Shown piece by piece: positions 48,084-50,013 of a DNA stretch of 50,013 nucleotides. The stretch spans positions 1 to 50,013 of the forward strand of contig CALKWC010000245.1 of NCBI GenBank assembly GCA_938004395.1, read 5' to 3'. Within the stretch, counting starts at the first letter, position 1. The number at the start of each line of letters is the position of its first letter. The position numbers and the translations under genes are program-made. Source of the DNA: an uncultured Marinilabiliales bacterium (GTDB lineage Bacteria; Bacteroidota; Bacteroidia; Bacteroidales; BM523). The notes below the pieces were generated by a model. That model was given only the letters and a program-made list of their open reading frames with translations, did not search any database and was not told the origin of the DNA.

Positions 48084-48100
48084 TGTGCAGTAAATAACCA

Positions 48101-48204
48101 TGATCTCAGCGTAGTTTGTAACTACGCTGTAATATTTAGACTATAAACCGAATTGTAAATTCAAAAGATAGTGAATCGTAGATACAATCTACGATTAGGG
48201 GAAG
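48101..48204 (+). repeat. Composite direct repeat, copy 1 (104 nt): a palindromic hairpin cagcgtagtt-tgt-aactacgctg, then a 62-nt core containing the hairpin cgtagat-aca-atctacg
   Basis: The core 48143-48204 is identical over 62 nt to 48535-48596. The 5-prime part tgatctcagcgtagtttgtaa recurs at 48455-48475. Confidence 0.85.
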
Positions 48205-48211
48205 AATAAAA

Positions 48212-48459
48212 TTATAAGTTATCTTGAGTGTTTTCTAAACTGTAATAATCAATGTTATAATAAAATCTGTTTTGGTTGTTTTTGTTTCTAAGTAAGAAAA
48301 TTGCTCTGTCCTCTAAATTTGGTGCTGTTCCTGTTGGATTTCCAAAACTTGGACGAGACGTAACATTATCCATTCCAGTTCGACGATGATACATTTCTTT
48401 GTAGAATGCATTTTGAACAAGAGATAAAGTAATTTCTCCACCAAGATTAAAACCCTGAT
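48212..48459 (-). pseudogene. Orphan C-terminal fragment paralogous to the C-terminus of the 48878-49975 gene. It has no N-terminal part and its frame opens right at the repeat boundary.
   Basis: The fragment reads ...GGEITLSLVQNAFYKEMYHRRTGMDNVTSRPSFGNPTGTAPNLEDRAIFLL... The full gene reads ...PAVIKAVATSNTTYSSFAKEHIERANHSGNVTSRPSVMNPTAEDPDNLDIRIRV... The shared NVTSRPS block is encoded with different synonymous codons, so the duplication is old. Confidence 0.6.
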
Positions 48460-48596
48460 CTCAGCATAGTTTGTAAGCTGTTCCCTGTTCCTTCTCCTCA
48501 GCGTAGTTGCAAACTACGCTGAAGCATTTAAACCATAAACCGAATTGTAAATTCAAAAGATAGTGAATCGTAGATACAATCTACGATTAGGGGAAG
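48455..48596 (+). repeat. Composite direct repeat, copy 2 (142 nt), with an internal partial duplication of the hairpin arm
   Basis: It contains tgatctcagcatagtttgtaa (48455-48475), the hairpin cagcgtagtt-gca-aactacgctg (48499-48521) and the identical 62-nt core (48535-48596). The hairpin loop differs from copy 1 (gca versus tgt) while the stems are conserved. Confidence 0.85.
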
Positions 48597-48644
48597 TGTC
48601 CAAGTGATTTCGTCTATAAGCAACCTACTGGTTTATCCTATGAT

Positions 48645-48881
48645 ATGTGTGGTAAAGATACTGATTTTTGCGATCAAGGTTTCGGAACAGATCTTCAGAA
48701 TGGTTGTAATGATTTATTGAACCCTCAAGATGATTCTTTATGGAATCAATATAGTGGATCTTGTTTTTTCAACGATATCGATCCTTCTTTTTATGATAAA
48801 TCTTGTTGTCTTTCTAGTGTTATAAGTGGATTTAATATTTATCAATCAGAAAATAGTGTTGATTATGTTTTTGTTTATTAA
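48645..48881 (+). CDS. Hypothetical Cys/Asp-rich small protein or gene remnant. The frame is open from 48599, immediately after repeat copy 2.
   Basis: There are 94 stop-free codons in AT-rich DNA, and all three minus-strand frames are closed here. There is no signal peptide and I recognise no family. It overlaps the convergent gene's stop by 4 nt. Confidence 0.3.
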   Translation: MCGKDTDFCDQGFGTDLQNGCNDLLNPQDDSLWNQYSGSCFFNDIDPSFYDKSCCLSSVISGFNIYQSENSVDYVFVY

Positions 48882-50013
48882 TTGAATGTGCTTTTCAAGC
48901 ATAATTTATATTTTGTTGTTTCTGTCCCGTTTTGAATTATATTTTTATCGTTATAAATTTCTTCAACTCTGATTCTGATATCCAGATTGTCTGGATCTTC
49001 TGCTGTTGGGTTCATTACACTAGGTCGACTCGTTACATTTCCTGAGTGATTTGCTCGTTCTATGTGTTCTTTTGCAAATGATGAGTACGTTGTGTTTGAG
49101 GTTGCGACGGCTTTAATAACTGCAGGATATCCGTTTGGAGAAGAACCGTACGTTACTGTTGTTTGAGGTGCTCCTTTTTCACAAATAAGTTCTGCTTGTG
49201 ATTCATCAAATACTTCTGTATAAACAACTTGTTGATTTGGAAAATATTGATTAACAACAGAATCTAATAATAGATCAAATGTTGCTCGTTCTGCATCCCA
49301 ACTTGATCGAACAAAATAATGAACTGTATCGTTATCTGCGATGGTCATGTTAATATGTCCAGAAGCTTTTTCCCAGAATTGAAGACCGGTCATTGCTACA
49401 GTGTTTGTGTCTGCAGGATCTGCGGTCACTTTATCGATAGTTTTTGGTAATGTGTGATTTTGAATTGCGTATAGTGTGTCTTCTAAATGGTTGATGTCTG
49501 CAGTAAGATCTAATTCGACATTGTTCATGTGTAGGTATCCTGCTTTATCTCCCCAACTAACTAAGTAATTTCCTGGAGCTAAACCTGTGATGGTTCCTGT
49601 TCCGTCTACTCCTGTTCGAACTGAGTCGATGTGTGTTGAATCGATACTTGCATTTTTAATAAGAATTTTTACGTCATAAATGTCATCGCCTGTTCTATTT
49701 TCAGTAATTTTGAATGGAACGGTGTATCCAATTGTATTAATTGAATCTAAGTACACTTCACTGATGAAACCGTTGTCTCCGTCGTGAATAAGAACTGTGT
49801 CTTGGTATGGCAGATATATGGAGTCTGTTTGTACTCGTCGTACAACTTCTTTTTCTACAAGTTGAATATCTTTTAAATTTTTCAAACCGTTTTGTGAAGG
49901 TTCGTTAAGAATTGTTTCTAAACTTTTGTTTCCAACTTGTGTTCCGCCGTTGTTAATAATAACTTTTTCGACCATGTCGTTTGTGTGAATAAGGTATACT
50001 CCGCTTGCAACAT
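48878..50013 (-). CDS. Hypothetical secreted/surface protein with a CarboxypepD_reg-like beta-sandwich. The ORF-track Met is at 49975, but the frame stays open to the window edge.
   Basis: The CarboxypepD_reg-like block is DVKILIKNASIDSTHIDSVRTGVDGTGTITGLAPGNYLVSW. Upstream of the Met the frame reads ...VASGVYLIHTNDM with no stop. The C-terminal block is shared with the orphan fragment at 48212-48459. Confidence 0.6.
   Translation of the reverse strand, partial: VASGVYLIHTNDMVEKVIINNGGTQVGNKSLETILNEPSQNGLKNLKDIQLVEKEVVRRVQTDSIYLPYQDTVLIHDGDNGFISEVYLDSINTIGYTVPFKITENRTGDDIYDVKILIKNASIDSTHIDSVRTGVDGTGTITGLAPGNYLVSWGDKAGYLHMNNVELDLTADINHLEDTLYAIQNHTLPKTIDKVTADPADTNTVAMTGLQFWEKASGHINMTIADNDTVHYFVRSSWDAERATFDLLLDSVVNQYFPNQQVVYTEVFDESQAELICEKGAPQTTVTYGSSPNGYPAVIKAVATSNTTYSSFAKEHIERANHSGNVTSRPSVMNPTAEDPDNLDIRIRVEEIYNDKNIIQNGTETTKYKLCLKSTFN

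Larger units (their letters stand above)
47270..48100. ncRNA. Candidate structured non-coding RNA(s) or decayed foreign element: a hairpin-dense, comparatively GC-rich region with no credible ORF. Strand and boundaries are unknown.
   Basis: There is no plausible coding frame. G+C is clearly above both the coding background and the other intergenic DNA in the window. Many local stems are present, for example agctgg-N15-ccagct (about 47571-47597), agtaccag...ctggtact enclosing atgcc-tttg-ggcat (about 47639-47686), cctttctg-tgccagg-cagaaagg (about 47943-47965) and gcaggatt-taaact-aatcctgc (about 47391-47412). Confidence 0.3.

Noticed and set aside
47200-48100. RNase P RNA, tmRNA, SRP RNA or tRNA in the GC-rich region
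   Set aside because: I found isolated look-alikes (acagaaccc near 47694, gggggaaagc near 47472, an SRP-like ccaggcagaaaggaagg). None has the partner motifs, namely GGAAAGUCCGG paired with ACAGAACCCGGCUUA, a tag ORF plus a TPsiC arm with CCA, a GGAA tetraloop helix, or a cloverleaf.
47188-48100. Chromosomal origin (oriC) next to mnmG/gidA
   Set aside because: I saw no DnaA-box matches. The region is GC-enriched rather than an AT-rich unwinding element, and dnaA/dnaN are not nearby.
48095-48125. TPP-riboswitch-like string (cctgatct...cagcgtag)
   Set aside because: Only a short resemblance to the P4/P5 consensus exists. The CUGAGA element, the pyrophosphate-sensor helix and a suitable downstream thiamine gene are all missing.
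48199-48291. Short Cys-rich frame after repeat copy 1 (GKNKIISYLECFLNCNNQCYNKICFGCFCF)
   Set aside because: It has no start codon. It is exactly antisense to the better-supported orphan fragment, and the Cys codons are a by-product of complementing its ACA/CAA/AAC-rich codons.
48101-48596. CRISPR array
   Set aside because: There are only two copies. The units are 104 and 142 nt long with a 62-nt identical core. The sequence between them is a gene fragment, and no cas genes are present.
48212-49100. Diversity-generating retroelement (template/variable repeat pair) formed by the orphan fragment and the main gene's C-terminus
   Set aside because: The two copies differ at synonymous positions involving all four bases rather than at adenine-specific sites. 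Nucleotide identity is low, and no reverse transcriptase is in the window.
1-50013. Alternative genetic code (TGA or TAA reassigned) as an explanation for the three in-frame stops
   Set aside because: TAA, TAG and TGA all terminate well-delimited, full-length housekeeping genes in this window. Examples are TAA after yidD and hemD, TGA after rnpA and TAG after the S41 peptidase. Global reassignment is therefore not supported.

Overview
AT-rich (roughly one-third G+C by eye) chromosomal segment that looks Bacteroidota. The evidence is several type IX secretion (T9SS) cargo proteins with type-A or type-B C-terminal sorting domains, a PorP/SprF gene, TAnnTTTG-type -7 promoter boxes, and the DUF4271-hemD-rnpA-yidD arrangement. 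All family calls come from motif recognition by eye, not from database searches. Most of the window is housekeeping: hemD, rnpA, yidD, an S41 protease, nadA, rpiB, a LutB-like Fe-S protein, ispD, apt, ade and mnmG, plus an RND exporter and an acyltransferase. Large surface proteins are interspersed among these genes. Four things deserve a second look. (1) Three large T9SS-associated genes each carry a single in-frame stop codon and no frameshift: TGA at 208-210, TAA at 12470-12472 (minus strand) and TAA at 17360-17362. Two of them flank the intact porP/sprF gene. (2) A duplicated sensory locus at 21940-28303 lies next to a divergent Crp/Fnr regulator. It encodes membrane GAF / Cache-HAMP-GAF-PAS proteins that repeat an unusual AQEEEMRQN(L/M)EE coiled-coil motif and have no recognisable output domain. 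Each large protein is coupled to small conserved proteins of about 170-196 aa. (3) A stretch of about 0.9 kb at 47200-48100 has no credible ORF and is hairpin-dense and comparatively GC-rich, so it is a candidate structured RNA or decayed element. (4) Immediately after it, two composite direct repeats share a 62-nt identical core and two hairpins. They bracket an orphan C-terminal fragment that is paralogous to the adjacent full-length gene. A NagZ-type GH3 enzyme fused to a catalytically degenerate class-D beta-lactamase/BlaR-sensor-like domain is also notable. I found no rRNA, tRNA, CRISPR array, transposase or integrase.
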